This document shows positions 8,765-17,066 of a stretch of DNA of 32,000 nucleotides, in pieces. The position numbers and the translations under genes are program-made. Position 1 is the first letter of the stretch, and each line of letters opens with the position of its first letter. Below the pieces are notes generated by a model. The model worked only from the letters and a program-made list of their open reading frames with translations. It was not told where the DNA came from and ran no database searches. The DNA is taken from contig JAIPHU010000004.1 in NCBI GenBank assembly GCA_021735045.1, positions 39,888 to 71,887 of the forward strand, in the 5' to 3' direction. The DNA comes from Candidatus Omnitrophota bacterium. Lineage in GTDB: Bacteria > Omnitrophota > Gorgyraeia > Duberdicusellales > 4484-171.

Positions 8765-9079
8765 ATGGCAAAGAAAAAAGATTTTTTCCAAGAAGTGAAG
8801 ACAAAACATTGGCCTAAGGCAAGAAAAGAGCTTGAAAAGGGTATTGATAATGCTAAAAAAATGCTTTCAGCCGGAGAAAAACAGATAAGACAATTTTCTG
8901 AAAAAAGCGCTGAACGAACTCGAAAGATCTCTCTTCAAGTAAGGAAAGAAAAACTAATCTATGAACTAGGTAAAACTATTGCCCGTACAGCTAAAAACAA
9001 ATGGGGCACAACTAAAAAAGTAGATAAGTTGCGCAAAGAAATTAAAGGTTTAGAAAAAGAAATAAAAAAGATTAAATAA
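8765..9079 (+). CDS. Lys-rich coiled-coil protein, function unknown
   Basis: GGGAGG at 8754-8759 favours the ATG at 8765 over the GTG at 8759. Highly charged helical sequence. Confidence 0.55.
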   Translation: MAKKKDFFQEVKTKHWPKARKELEKGIDNAKKMLSAGEKQIRQFSEKSAERTRKISLQVRKEKLIYELGKTIARTAKNKWGTTKKVDKLRKEIKGLEKEIKKIK

Positions 9080-9101
9080 CTAAATATAAAGGAGATTTTC
9101 T

Positions 9102-9419
9102 ATGGCAGTTGAAGTAACTAATGCAAATTTTGATAGTGAAGTTTTACAATCAGAAATTCCGGTCTTAATTGATTTTTGGGCTCCTTGGTGTGGGCCATGT
9201 AAGGCAGTAGAGCCGGTTTTAGAAGAAATTGAAAATGAAGTAGGCGAAAAAATAAAAATTTGTAGAATTAATTTAGATGAAGCACCGGAAATTGCAACAA
9301 AGTATTCAATAATGAGTATTCCTACCTTAATGGTCGTAAAGGATGGAAATATTATGGATACCAAAGTTGGTGCTTTACCTAAAGATAGTCTGATGAGCAT
9401 TATTCAGCCTTATCTTTAG
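9102..9419 (+). CDS. trxA: thioredoxin
   Basis: WAPWCGPCK active site, 105 aa, AAGGAG RBS. Confidence 0.95.
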   Translation: MAVEVTNANFDSEVLQSEIPVLIDFWAPWCGPCKAVEPVLEEIENEVGEKIKICRINLDEAPEIATKYSIMSIPTLMVVKDGNIMDTKVGALPKDSLMSIIQPYL

Positions 9420-9462
9420 ATAAGTTTTTGACAACAAAGACCTTGCTTTTCTAGAGATAAGT

Positions 9463-9471
9463 TGCTATAAT
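9463..9471 (+). promoter_or_regulatory. extended -10 promoter element (TGcTATAAT) upstream of the tRNA locus
   Basis: ttgcTATAAT, 23 nt upstream of the first tRNA-like segment. Confidence 0.5.
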
Positions 9472-9493
9472 TTTATGCTTTTTTGAATAGAAT

Positions 9494-9608
9494 GGGCCTG
9501 TAGCTCAGCCTGGTTAGAGCAGTCCCGACGTTCGCATTTCATGCTCAGTTGGGATTCCGACTTCTGGCCTACAGTTTAACGGCAGCCAGAACGTCGGAAC
9601 TGACTCAT
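9494..9608 (+). pseudogene. 5' fragment of tRNA(CAU) (positions 1-38) interrupted by a 77-nt structured insert
   Basis: 9494-9522 is identical to 9889-9917 (29/29) and 9600-9608 is identical to 9918-9926 (ctgactcat). Nt 9523-9599 intervene. No recognisable T-arm or acceptor 3' strand follows. Confidence 0.7.
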
Positions 9609-9628
9609 TTCGGTTTTAGGTAAGTTGA

Positions 9629-9898
9629 ATGGCTTATGTTTATATCTTGCAAGATAAGCAAAACGGAAAATTTTATATCGGCAGTACTAATAATGTTGAA
9701 TCTAGATTCAAGCAACACAAAAGTAAAAAACACCATTCAAGTAAATGCTTAACAGATCCTGAAATTGTGTTTAAGCAAAAGTTTGATAGTTTAAAAATCG
9801 CAAGAAAAATAGAGCTAAGGTTAAAGAAATATAAACATAAAGATTTCATTGAAAAAATAATTAGGGACGGTATTATAAAGAAAATGCAGGGCCTGTAG
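9629..9898 (+). CDS. small GIY-YIG nuclease (YhbQ/COG2827-like, 89 aa)
   Basis: YVYILQDKQNGKFYIGSTNNVESRFKQH gives GIY...YIG, Arg and His, with a downstream Glu (KIELRLKK). The stop TAG at 9896-9898 lies inside the tRNA. Confidence 0.85.
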   Translation: MAYVYILQDKQNGKFYIGSTNNVESRFKQHKSKKHHSSKCLTDPEIVFKQKFDSLKIARKIELRLKKYKHKDFIEKIIRDGIIKKMQGL

Positions 9899-9963
9899 CT
9901 CAGCCTGGTTAGAGCAGCTGACTCATAATCAGTTGGTCGGAGGTTCAAATCCTCCCGGGCCCA
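9889..9963 (+). tRNA. tRNA with CAU anticodon; elongator type, Met or more likely Ile2 (lysidine)
   Basis: Hand-folded cloverleaf of 75 nt: acceptor gggcctg/cgggccc, D-arm gctc-agcctggtta-gagc, anticodon arm gctga-ctCATaa-tcagt, variable loop tggtc, T-arm ggagg-ttcaaat-cctcc, discriminator A. The G1-C72 pair excludes an initiator. No encoded CCA. Confidence 0.9.
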
Positions 9964-9985
9964 CGTTAAAAAAAATAGGAAATTA

Positions 9986-10711
9986 ATGAATTTAAAAGAT
10001 GAGATAAAAAAGCTGATAAAGCTACAAGAGATAGATAAACAAGTTTACAAACTTAACCTTCAAAAAAGCAACAATATACCTGCAAAGATTGATGAGTTAA
10101 AAGAATCTATTGATCAAAAACAAAAAGAGTTTGCCGCATTTAAAGACAAGGTAAATCGACTTGAGCTAGAAAAAAAGAATAAGGAAGGGGAACTTACCCA
10201 AAAAGAAGAAAATTTAAAAAAAGCAAAGTCACAGCTTTATCAGTTAAAATCGAATAAAGAATATCAAGTAAAACTGAATGAAATTAGTTCTATAGAGGCA
10301 GATATCTCCTGTGCCGAAGAAGAAGTTATAAAGTTTTTAGATAATATTGAACAAGAAAAAGCAGAGGTAAAAAAAGAAAAAGAAAAAGTTGAATCTGAAA
10401 CTAACAAGATGAAGCAAGAAATCGCTGACTTAGAAAAAGAGACCAAAGAAATTGATCAAAAAATTAACGAGCTAGAAAATAAACGAAAAAGTTTTACTTC
10501 TGATGTCGATAAAAAGATTCTTAATCAATATCAAGACCTTTTAAAAAAGCGAAATGGCCTTGCCATTGTTCCGGTTGTAAATAATAACTGTGGGGCTTGC
10601 CATATTTCATTAACTCGACAAAAAGTCAATGAAATAAAGATGTATGATAAGCTGATTTTATGTGAAAGTTGTGTACGTATTCTTTATATCCCAGAGGACC
10701 TAGAGTTATGA
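9986..10711 (+). CDS. COG1579-type coiled-coil protein with a C-terminal C4 zinc ribbon
   Basis: Long Lys/Glu coiled coil, then CGACHISL...CESC. Confidence 0.8.
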   Translation: MNLKDEIKKLIKLQEIDKQVYKLNLQKSNNIPAKIDELKESIDQKQKEFAAFKDKVNRLELEKKNKEGELTQKEENLKKAKSQLYQLKSNKEYQVKLNEISSIEADISCAEEEVIKFLDNIEQEKAEVKKEKEKVESETNKMKQEIADLEKETKEIDQKINELENKRKSFTSDVDKKILNQYQDLLKKRNGLAIVPVVNNNCGACHISLTRQKVNEIKMYDKLILCESCVRILYIPEDLEL

Positions 10712-11103
10712 TTACTGTCTATATTGATGGGTCTTCAATAGGAAATCCCGGTAAAGCCGGGATCGGTTATTTAATCTATAAAGACAAAAAGCTGGTTCAA
10801 GAAGAAAGTGTCTACCTAGGAGTTCAATCTAACAACTTTGCCGAATATATGGGGTTAATCTTTTCTCTAGCTGATGTTGTTGCAAGAGGAGAGAGAAAGT
10901 GCCTAGTTTATACTGACAGCAAATTGGTTTGCGAGCAAATTAACGGCAACTTTAAAGTTAAACACCAAAATATATTACCACTTTATACTTTAGCGAAAAA
11001 AATGATCTCAAAGATAGATGAGTTTACCATAAAGCATATCTTGCGGGAAAAAAATAAAGAAGCAGACAAATTAGCAAAAAAAGCTACTGGGTTTTTAACC
11101 TAG
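10708..11103 (+). CDS. rnhA: ribonuclease HI family protein
   Basis: MITVYIDGSSIGNPGKAGIGY, NNFAEYMGL, YTDSKLV and REKNKEADKLA supply the D-E-D-D layout. The ATG at 10708 overlaps the upstream stop (ATGA), so I prefer it to the 10669 start in the track. Confidence 0.85.
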   Translation: MITVYIDGSSIGNPGKAGIGYLIYKDKKLVQEESVYLGVQSNNFAEYMGLIFSLADVVARGERKCLVYTDSKLVCEQINGNFKVKHQNILPLYTLAKKMISKIDEFTIKHILREKNKEADKLAKKATGFLT

Positions 11104-11153
11104 TAAGTGGTTAATCGGGAAGTGATAATTAACCAATTATCAGGAGGTAAAAT

Positions 11154-11909
11154 ATGAGTGGGCATTCGAAATGGGCAAGTATTAAACATAAAAAAGGTGC
11201 AGCTGACGCTAAAAGAGGTAAACTATTTACTAAACTAATTCGAGAAATAACTGTGGCTGCAAAAGATAGTGGTGGAGACCCGGATATAAATCCCGCCCTA
11301 CGTACAGCAATATCTCGGGCAAATGATGCGAATATGCCCAAGGACAATATCGAAAAAGCAATCAAAAAGGGAACCGGAGAATTACCGGGAGTAAGTTATG
11401 AAAGTTGTATGTTTGAGGGTTATGGGCCGGGAGGAGTTGCAATCCTAGTTGAAGCATTAACGGACAACAAAAACAGGTCTTCAGCCGAAATTAGAAACAT
11501 TTTCTCAAAAAAAGGTGGAAATATGGCTGGAGCTGGAAGTGTTTCTTGGATTTTTACTCCTAAAGGATACATTTTAATTGATCAATCTCAGATAGACGAA
11601 GAAGAACTATTTTCAATAACTGTTGATGCCGGTGCAGAAGATATCAAATCTAGCGATAAAAATTACGAGATATTCTGTGAACCAAAAGATTTAGAGGCAA
11701 TTAAAGAAGCTTTATCGGCAAAAAACATAAAATGGGAAGATGCTGAACTTACTAAAATTCCTAATTCAACTATTAAACTATCAGGGAGTCAAGCAAAACA
11801 AGTGCTATCTTTAGTTGAAACTTTAGAAGACCATGACGATGCACAAAAAGTTTATGCAAACTTTGATATTCCGGACGAAGTATTAGAAGAAATTGCTCAA
11901 GAAATTTAA
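11154..11909 (+). CDS. yebC: YebC/PmpR family protein
   Basis: MSGHSKWASIKHKKGAADAKRGKLFTKL is the hallmark N-terminus; 251 aa. Confidence 0.95.
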   Translation: MSGHSKWASIKHKKGAADAKRGKLFTKLIREITVAAKDSGGDPDINPALRTAISRANDANMPKDNIEKAIKKGTGELPGVSYESCMFEGYGPGGVAILVEALTDNKNRSSAEIRNIFSKKGGNMAGAGSVSWIFTPKGYILIDQSQIDEEELFSITVDAGAEDIKSSDKNYEIFCEPKDLEAIKEALSAKNIKWEDAELTKIPNSTIKLSGSQAKQVLSLVETLEDHDDAQKVYANFDIPDEVLEEIAQEI

Positions 11910-11912
11910 AAA

Positions 11913-12413
11913 ATGGATGTTTTGGCGATAGATTTAGGTCTGCGCACCTGTGGTTATGTTATCTGTGGTGTTTCTGGGCGTAAAATCAACTTGATAAAAG
12001 AAGGCCAGATAAAGCCTGATCCGAAAAAAAACCTACCTGAGAAGTTACACTTGATCTATGCCGAGCTGAAAAAGGAAATCATAGACTATAGCCTAAAAGC
12101 AATAATCGTCGAAAAATTATATTCTCATTATCGCCATCCAACAACATTAGGAGTTTTAGCCCAAGTAAAAGGAATAATTGCTCTATTAGCTTATCAATCA
12201 GAGCTTGATTATTTCCAATATCCACCGACTCGGGCCAGAAAAGCAATGTTAGGCAAAGGTAATGTAGATTCAAAACAAGTTAAAAAGATGGCAGAAAATA
12301 TGACCGGAAAAAAATTTAAGTCAGTACATACTGCTGATGCATTTTCTTTAGTGTTTGCTTTTTCACATACGAATAGCTTTAAAAATAAACTTTTTATACA
12401 AAAAAATCGATAA
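11913..12413 (+). CDS. ruvC: crossover junction endodeoxyribonuclease RuvC
   Basis: AIDLGLRTCGY, IVEKLY and HTADAF catalytic motifs; position directly upstream of ruvA. Confidence 0.85.
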   Translation: MDVLAIDLGLRTCGYVICGVSGRKINLIKEGQIKPDPKKNLPEKLHLIYAELKKEIIDYSLKAIIVEKLYSHYRHPTTLGVLAQVKGIIALLAYQSELDYFQYPPTRARKAMLGKGNVDSKQVKKMAENMTGKKFKSVHTADAFSLVFAFSHTNSFKNKLFIQKNR

Positions 12414-12415
12414 AA

Positions 12416-13045
12416 ATGATCTGTAAAATCAAGGGAGTCTTATCAGAAAAAAATAAACAATCAGTTGTGATTGAAAAAGAAGGTATTTTTTATCGGATTG
12501 ATACCCCTGAAACCGTTTCGCTTCGGCTTAAAGAAGTTGGCCAAACAGTGGAACTGGTTATCTACCATTATTTCAATTTAACAAAAAATAAAGGAATACC
12601 TGTTTTAATTGGCTTTATCGATGAACTAGAAAAAGAGTTTTTTGAAAAATTTATAAGTGTATCCGGGGTCGGCCCTAAAGCCGCTCTACGCGCTTTTGAT
12701 AAACCAATTCCATTTATCGCAAAAGCAATTGAAGAAGCTGATATGAACTTTTTAACTGATTTAGCCGGAGTAGGCAAGCAACGGGCTAGGCAGATAGTTG
12801 CTCACCTACAAGGTAAGGTTGGCAGGTTTGCTTTAATTAAAGAAGAGTTGGAAGAAAAAAAACAGGAAGATTTAGTCAAAAAAGAAATTTCTCAAGAAGC
12901 CAAGCAAATATTAAAACGCCTTCAGTACAGGCCTCAGGAAATAGATAATATGGTTAAAAAAGCACTAGCTGCTAATCCAGAGGTTCAAGCAGTAGAGAAT
13001 TTACTAAATGAAATCTATAAACAGAAGAAAAAAAACGCTGATTAA
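12416..13045 (+). CDS. ruvA: Holliday junction DNA helicase subunit RuvA
   Basis: OB-fold N-terminus; helix-hairpin-helix motifs VSGVGPKAALRA and LAGVGKQRARQI; C-terminal domain III. Confidence 0.9.
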   Translation: MICKIKGVLSEKNKQSVVIEKEGIFYRIDTPETVSLRLKEVGQTVELVIYHYFNLTKNKGIPVLIGFIDELEKEFFEKFISVSGVGPKAALRAFDKPIPFIAKAIEEADMNFLTDLAGVGKQRARQIVAHLQGKVGRFALIKEELEEKKQEDLVKKEISQEAKQILKRLQYRPQEIDNMVKKALAANPEVQAVENLLNEIYKQKKKNAD

Positions 13046-13047
13046 CC

Positions 13048-13671
13048 ATGGAAAAAGAAAATATAAAATCAATTTTGGAATCACTATTATTTGTAAATGA
13101 AAAACCAATTCAACTTTCAGATATATCCAGAATACTTGAGATAAAAAGTAAAGATATAAAGCAAGCTGTCGAAGAGCTAAAAACTGAATACAGCAACCGA
13201 AACTCTGGAATTTCAATTGTTCCGGTTGCCGGTGGTTATCAAATGTGTTCGGCTCCATTTAATGAACCATGGGTTAAGAAGATGTATAGCCATCAAAACA
13301 AGCAAAAGCTCTCCACTGCATCTTTAGAAACTTTGGCGATAATTGCTTACAAACAACCTATAACTCGAGTTGAAATTGAACAAATCCGTGGGGTTAACGT
13401 TGATGGAGTAGTTAGAAAATTAGGAGAGTTGGGGTTGATAAAAACGGCAGGAAAAAAAGAAGTTGTAGGCAGGCCGTTTTTATATATCACCACCCGTAAA
13501 TTTTTAGAATACTTTGGGATCAATACTCTAAAAGATCTACCGAATTTAGAAGAATTTGTTAATTTAGCCGAAAAAGAAAATATAGTTTCTCAAGAAGAAA
13601 GCCAAGATCAACAAAATAAAATCAAAGAAAATAAAGAACAGGAAAAAAATAAAGAAGAAAAGGAGGAATGA
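13048..13671 (+). CDS. scpB: SMC-Scp complex subunit ScpB
   Basis: [18 protein letters not shown] and [25 protein letters not shown] are typical of ScpB; acidic tail. Confidence 0.85.
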   Translation: MEKENIKSILESLLFVNEKPIQLSDISRILEIKSKDIKQAVEELKTEYSNRNSGISIVPVAGGYQMCSAPFNEPWVKKMYSHQNKQKLSTASLETLAIIAYKQPITRVEIEQIRGVNVDGVVRKLGELGLIKTAGKKEVVGRPFLYITTRKFLEYFGINTLKDLPNLEEFVNLAEKENIVSQEESQDQQNKIKENKEQEKNKEEKEE

Positions 13672-13676
13672 AAGCG

Positions 13677-14813
13677 ATGAAAAACTATTTTACTTCTGAG
13701 TCTGTAACTGAAGGTCATCCAGATAAAGTGTGTGATTTGATTTCAGACACTATTTTAGATGCTGTTTTATCTTGTGATGTAAACGGCCGCGTTGCTTGTG
13801 AAGCTTTAACTAGCCGTGGCTTGGTTATGGTAGCAGGAGAAATCTCTACAAACTGTTATATCGAAATACCCAGATTGGTGAGAAACTTATTAAAAGATAT
13901 AGGTTATGATGACCCTTCGATTGGATTCGACTATGAAAGTTGCGGGGTTATAACCGCTATCCAAGAACAATCTCCAGATATTGCTTTAGGGGTTGATACC
14001 GGCGGGGCTGGCGACCAGGGGTTAATGTTTGGTTTTGCCTGTGACGAGACCAAAGAGCTAATGCCGCTTCCGATAATGCTAGCCCATAAACTGGCTCGGC
14101 GTTTAACTCAAGTAAGAAAAGAACGGATGTTAACTTATCTTTGGCCAGATGGTAAGTCACAAGTTTCAGTTGAATACGAAGGCCAAAAACCTAAAAGAGT
14201 TGATGCTGTAATTATCGGCGCCCATCACGCAAAATCTGTTGATACAAAAAAGTTACAAAAAGATATCAAAAAGTTAGTTATTGATTATATCGTGCCCAAA
14301 GAGCTGATGGATGAAAATACAAAGATATTCATTAATGCAACGGGACGATTTGAAGTAGGAGGGCCTGTTTCAGACACTGGAGTGACAGGGCGAAAGATCA
14401 TTGTAGATACCTACGGTGGATACGGCCATCACGGTGGTGGAGCATTCTCTGGAAAAGACCCTTCAAAAGTAGACCGGTCGGCATCATATATGGGCCGATA
14501 CATCGCTAAAAATATAGTTGCCGCAGGAATTGCTAGCCAATGTGAAGTTCAACTTTCATATTGTATCGGTGTTGCAGAACCAGTATCGGTTAGTATTAAT
14601 ACTTTTGGCAGCTCAAAATTCGATGAAGAAAAGATCGCCAAAGCAGTTAGAGACATCTTCCCACTTACCCCCAAAGAAATAAGCCAAGAGTTAAATCTTT
14701 TGCGTCCAATTTATAGAAAAACAGCTGCCTATGGGCATTTTGGCCGTGAAGAAGAAGGTTTTCGTTGGGAAGACACAGACAAAGTTGATAAAATAAAAAG
14801 TATTTTAAAATAA
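13677..14813 (+). CDS. metK: S-adenosylmethionine synthetase
   Basis: [23 protein letters not shown] and [16 protein letters not shown]. The start at 13677 is 10 nt from AGGAGG and matches the usual MetK N-terminus. Confidence 0.95.
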   Translation: MKNYFTSESVTEGHPDKVCDLISDTILDAVLSCDVNGRVACEALTSRGLVMVAGEISTNCYIEIPRLVRNLLKDIGYDDPSIGFDYESCGVITAIQEQSPDIALGVDTGGAGDQGLMFGFACDETKELMPLPIMLAHKLARRLTQVRKERMLTYLWPDGKSQVSVEYEGQKPKRVDAVIIGAHHAKSVDTKKLQKDIKKLVIDYIVPKELMDENTKIFINATGRFEVGGPVSDTGVTGRKIIVDTYGGYGHHGGGAFSGKDPSKVDRSASYMGRYIAKNIVAAGIASQCEVQLSYCIGVAEPVSVSINTFGSSKFDEEKIAKAVRDIFPLTPKEISQELNLLRPIYRKTAAYGHFGREEEGFRWEDTDKVDKIKSILK

Positions 14814-14825
14814 AGGAGTTAAAAG

Positions 14826-16091
14826 ATGGTTAAATCTGATATTCGCAGTAAACATTTAAGAAAAGAAGGTAAAAAAAGAATTCAATGGGCTCTAAACCGA
14901 ATGCCGGTTTTAGAGATTATTAGAAACAGGTTCAAAAAACAAAAACCCCTTAAAAATTTAAATATTGGAGCTTGCCTGCACATCACCACTGAAACTGCTG
15001 CTTTAGCTATAACCTTAAAAGCAGCTGGAGCAAATGCTTCATTTTGTGCTTCAAATCCTTTATCTACCCAAGATGATGTTGCAGCATCTTTAGTCTATGA
15101 CTATGGAATTGAAGTTTTTGCCATCAATAACGAAAAACGGAATGTTTACTATAATCACATAAACTCTGTTTTAGCAAAAAAACCAAAAATTACTTTAGAT
15201 GATGGGGCTGATTTAATTTCAACTATTCACAAAAAAAACAAACAGTCTAACTACAAAGATCTCCCCTGGGCCAGCACAGAAGAAACAACCACCGGAGTTA
15301 TCCGTCTAAAGGCTTTAGAAAAAGAAGGAAATTTGCTTTATCCGATTGTTGCCGTAAATGATGCCTTTACTAAACACCTTTTTGACAACCGCTACGGAAC
15401 CGGACAATCTACCTTAGACGGAATACTGCGGGCAACCAATAAACTCATAGCCGGTGAAACTTTTGTGGTCGGTGGTTACGGCTGGTGCGGCAGGGGTGTA
15501 GCCCAAAAAGCAAGAGGTATGGGAGCTAAGGTAATAGTTTGTGAGGTTGACCCGCTAAAAGGACTTGAGGCCACTATGGACGGCTTTTTAGTTATGCCTA
15601 TGGAAAAAGCTGCAAAATTAGGCAATATTTTTGTTACTACAACCGGTGATATAGACGTAATTGCGAAAAAACATTTTAATAAACTAAAAGATAAAGCCAT
15701 ACTCTCTAATGCTGGCCACTTTGATGTCGAAATCGATACAAAATCTTTAAAGAAAATAGCAAAATCAAGCAAAAAAGTAAAGCCATTAGTTACAGAGTAT
15801 ACCTTAAAAAACAACAAAAGGATCTATCTTTTAGCTGAAGGACGATTAGTAAACTTAGCTTGCGCAGAAGGCCATCCGGCTGAAGTTATGGATTTAAGTT
15901 TTGCCAATCAAGCTTTATCATGCGAACATATTGCTAGAAATCATAATAAGCTAGAAAATAAAGTCTATAAAGTTCCTGACCGAATAGATGAAAAAGTTGC
16001 TAAGTTAAAGTTAAAGTCTATGGGGGTAAAGATTGATACACTTACTCCAAAACAAAAAAAATATTTAGCTAGCTGGCAACAAGGCACTTAA
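14826..16091 (+). CDS. ahcY: adenosylhomocysteinase
   Basis: TEETTTGV, FDNRYGTGQS, GYGWCGRG NAD-binding site and NLACAEGHP. Confidence 0.95.
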   Translation: MVKSDIRSKHLRKEGKKRIQWALNRMPVLEIIRNRFKKQKPLKNLNIGACLHITTETAALAITLKAAGANASFCASNPLSTQDDVAASLVYDYGIEVFAINNEKRNVYYNHINSVLAKKPKITLDDGADLISTIHKKNKQSNYKDLPWASTEETTTGVIRLKALEKEGNLLYPIVAVNDAFTKHLFDNRYGTGQSTLDGILRATNKLIAGETFVVGGYGWCGRGVAQKARGMGAKVIVCEVDPLKGLEATMDGFLVMPMEKAAKLGNIFVTTTGDIDVIAKKHFNKLKDKAILSNAGHFDVEIDTKSLKKIAKSSKKVKPLVTEYTLKNNKRIYLLAEGRLVNLACAEGHPAEVMDLSFANQALSCEHIARNHNKLENKVYKVPDRIDEKVAKLKLKSMGVKIDTLTPKQKKYLASWQQGT

Positions 16092-16093
16092 AA

Positions 16094-17059
16094 ATGAAGA
16101 AAAAGATTAAAAGAATTGGGATTCTTACCCGCGACTGTGCCGGGATTAATGCAGCTATCCGAGCAGTAGTAAGAACCGCTTACTCATCAGGAATTAAAAC
16201 TACTGGGATAATCAGAGGATATGAAGGCTTAATCGAAGATAATACTATTGAGCTAACCCCTCGTTCTGTCTCCGGGATCATAAACTACGGAGGAACAGTT
16301 TTAAAAACTGCACGCGCTAAACGATTTCGGTCGGTAGAAGGCCAAAAACAGGCAATTAAGACAATAAAATCAAACAATATTGATGCTTTAGTAGCTATCG
16401 GAGGAAATGGTTCGTTAACCGGAGCTTCAATTCTTTCCTCTAAATATTCGATACCGGTAGTCGGTGTTCCGGCAACTATCGACAATGATATCAATGGAGT
16501 TGCAATGTCAATTGGCTCAGATACCTCGGTGAATGTAGCCTTAGATGCCTTAGATAAAATACGTGACACCGCGACTTCTTTGGAAAGAATATTTTTAGTA
16601 GAAGTAATGGGCCGTGATTGTGGTTACATTGCACTTAGAGTAGGACTGGCTGGTGGCTGTGAAGATGTAATCTTGCCTGAGAAAAATTTTAAGATTAAAG
16701 AAATATCACAAGAGATAGTTGAAGGCAGTATTAGAGGAAAAATGAGCTGGATAATCGTAGTAGCTGAAGGAAAAGCTAAAGCTGCTGATCTTGGCAAAAA
16801 AATTACTAAGATTACTGGACTAGAAACCCGTGAGGTTGTCTTAGGCCATATCCAACGCGGCGGAAGGCCTACTGCTTACGATCGAATGTTAGCTGCCCGT
16901 TATGGCTACTATGCCCTAGAGCTAATAAAAAAAGGACAAACCGGCCGCTGTGTAACTTTGCGAAACGATAAACTATCTGCTATACCCTTATCAAAAGCAA
17001 TTAAGAAAAAAGATATGGAAGTAAAAGATTACTATAAATTGATAAAACTATTAACTTAA
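16094..17059 (+). CDS. pfkA: 6-phosphofructokinase (ATP-type layout)
   Basis: IGILTRDCAGINA, PATIDNDI, VEVMGRDCGYIAL and LGHIQRGG. Note GGNGS in place of the canonical GGDGS. Confidence 0.85.
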   Translation: MKKKIKRIGILTRDCAGINAAIRAVVRTAYSSGIKTTGIIRGYEGLIEDNTIELTPRSVSGIINYGGTVLKTARAKRFRSVEGQKQAIKTIKSNNIDALVAIGGNGSLTGASILSSKYSIPVVGVPATIDNDINGVAMSIGSDTSVNVALDALDKIRDTATSLERIFLVEVMGRDCGYIALRVGLAGGCEDVILPEKNFKIKEISQEIVEGSIRGKMSWIIVVAEGKAKAADLGKKITKITGLETREVVLGHIQRGGRPTAYDRMLAARYGYYALELIKKGQTGRCVTLRNDKLSAIPLSKAIKKKDMEVKDYYKLIKLLT

Positions 17060-17066
17060 AGATAAG

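Noticed and set aside
9428-9433. TTGACA as the -35 box of the tRNA promoter
   Set aside because: It lies 32 nt upstream of the TATAAT at 9466, which is far outside the 16-19 nt spacing. The promoter call rests on the extended -10 only.
9609-9888. A functional group I intron in the tRNA anticodon loop, since the insertion point lies directly after CAU as in Azoarcus tRNA-Ile
   Set aside because: The 280 nt are almost entirely occupied by the GIY-YIG ORF, leaving no room for a P3-P9 catalytic core. The downstream sequence is also a complete tRNA from position 1, not a 3' exon.
9889-9963. Initiator tRNA-fMet
   Set aside because: Positions 1 and 72 form a G-C pair, and the anticodon stem (gctga/tcagt) lacks the three consecutive G-C pairs typical of bacterial initiators. 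It is an elongator Met or Ile2(CAU). The C4-G69 and C5-G68 pairs and the variable loop TGGTC resemble E. coli tRNA-Ile2, but I cannot decide this without a classifier.
10669-10707. The longer start given in the ORF track for the RNase HI gene
   Set aside because: The ATG at 10708 forms an ATGA overlap with the upstream stop and yields the usual RNase H N-terminus (MITVYIDGS). The extra 13 codons overlap the zinc-ribbon gene.
11108-11136. An AT-rich inverted repeat (tggttaat ... attaacca) between rnhA and yebC as a terminator
   Set aside because: It has no downstream T-run, a weak AT-only stem and a 12-nt loop, and it sits within a tightly coupled gene block. It is probably incidental or a minor leader structure.
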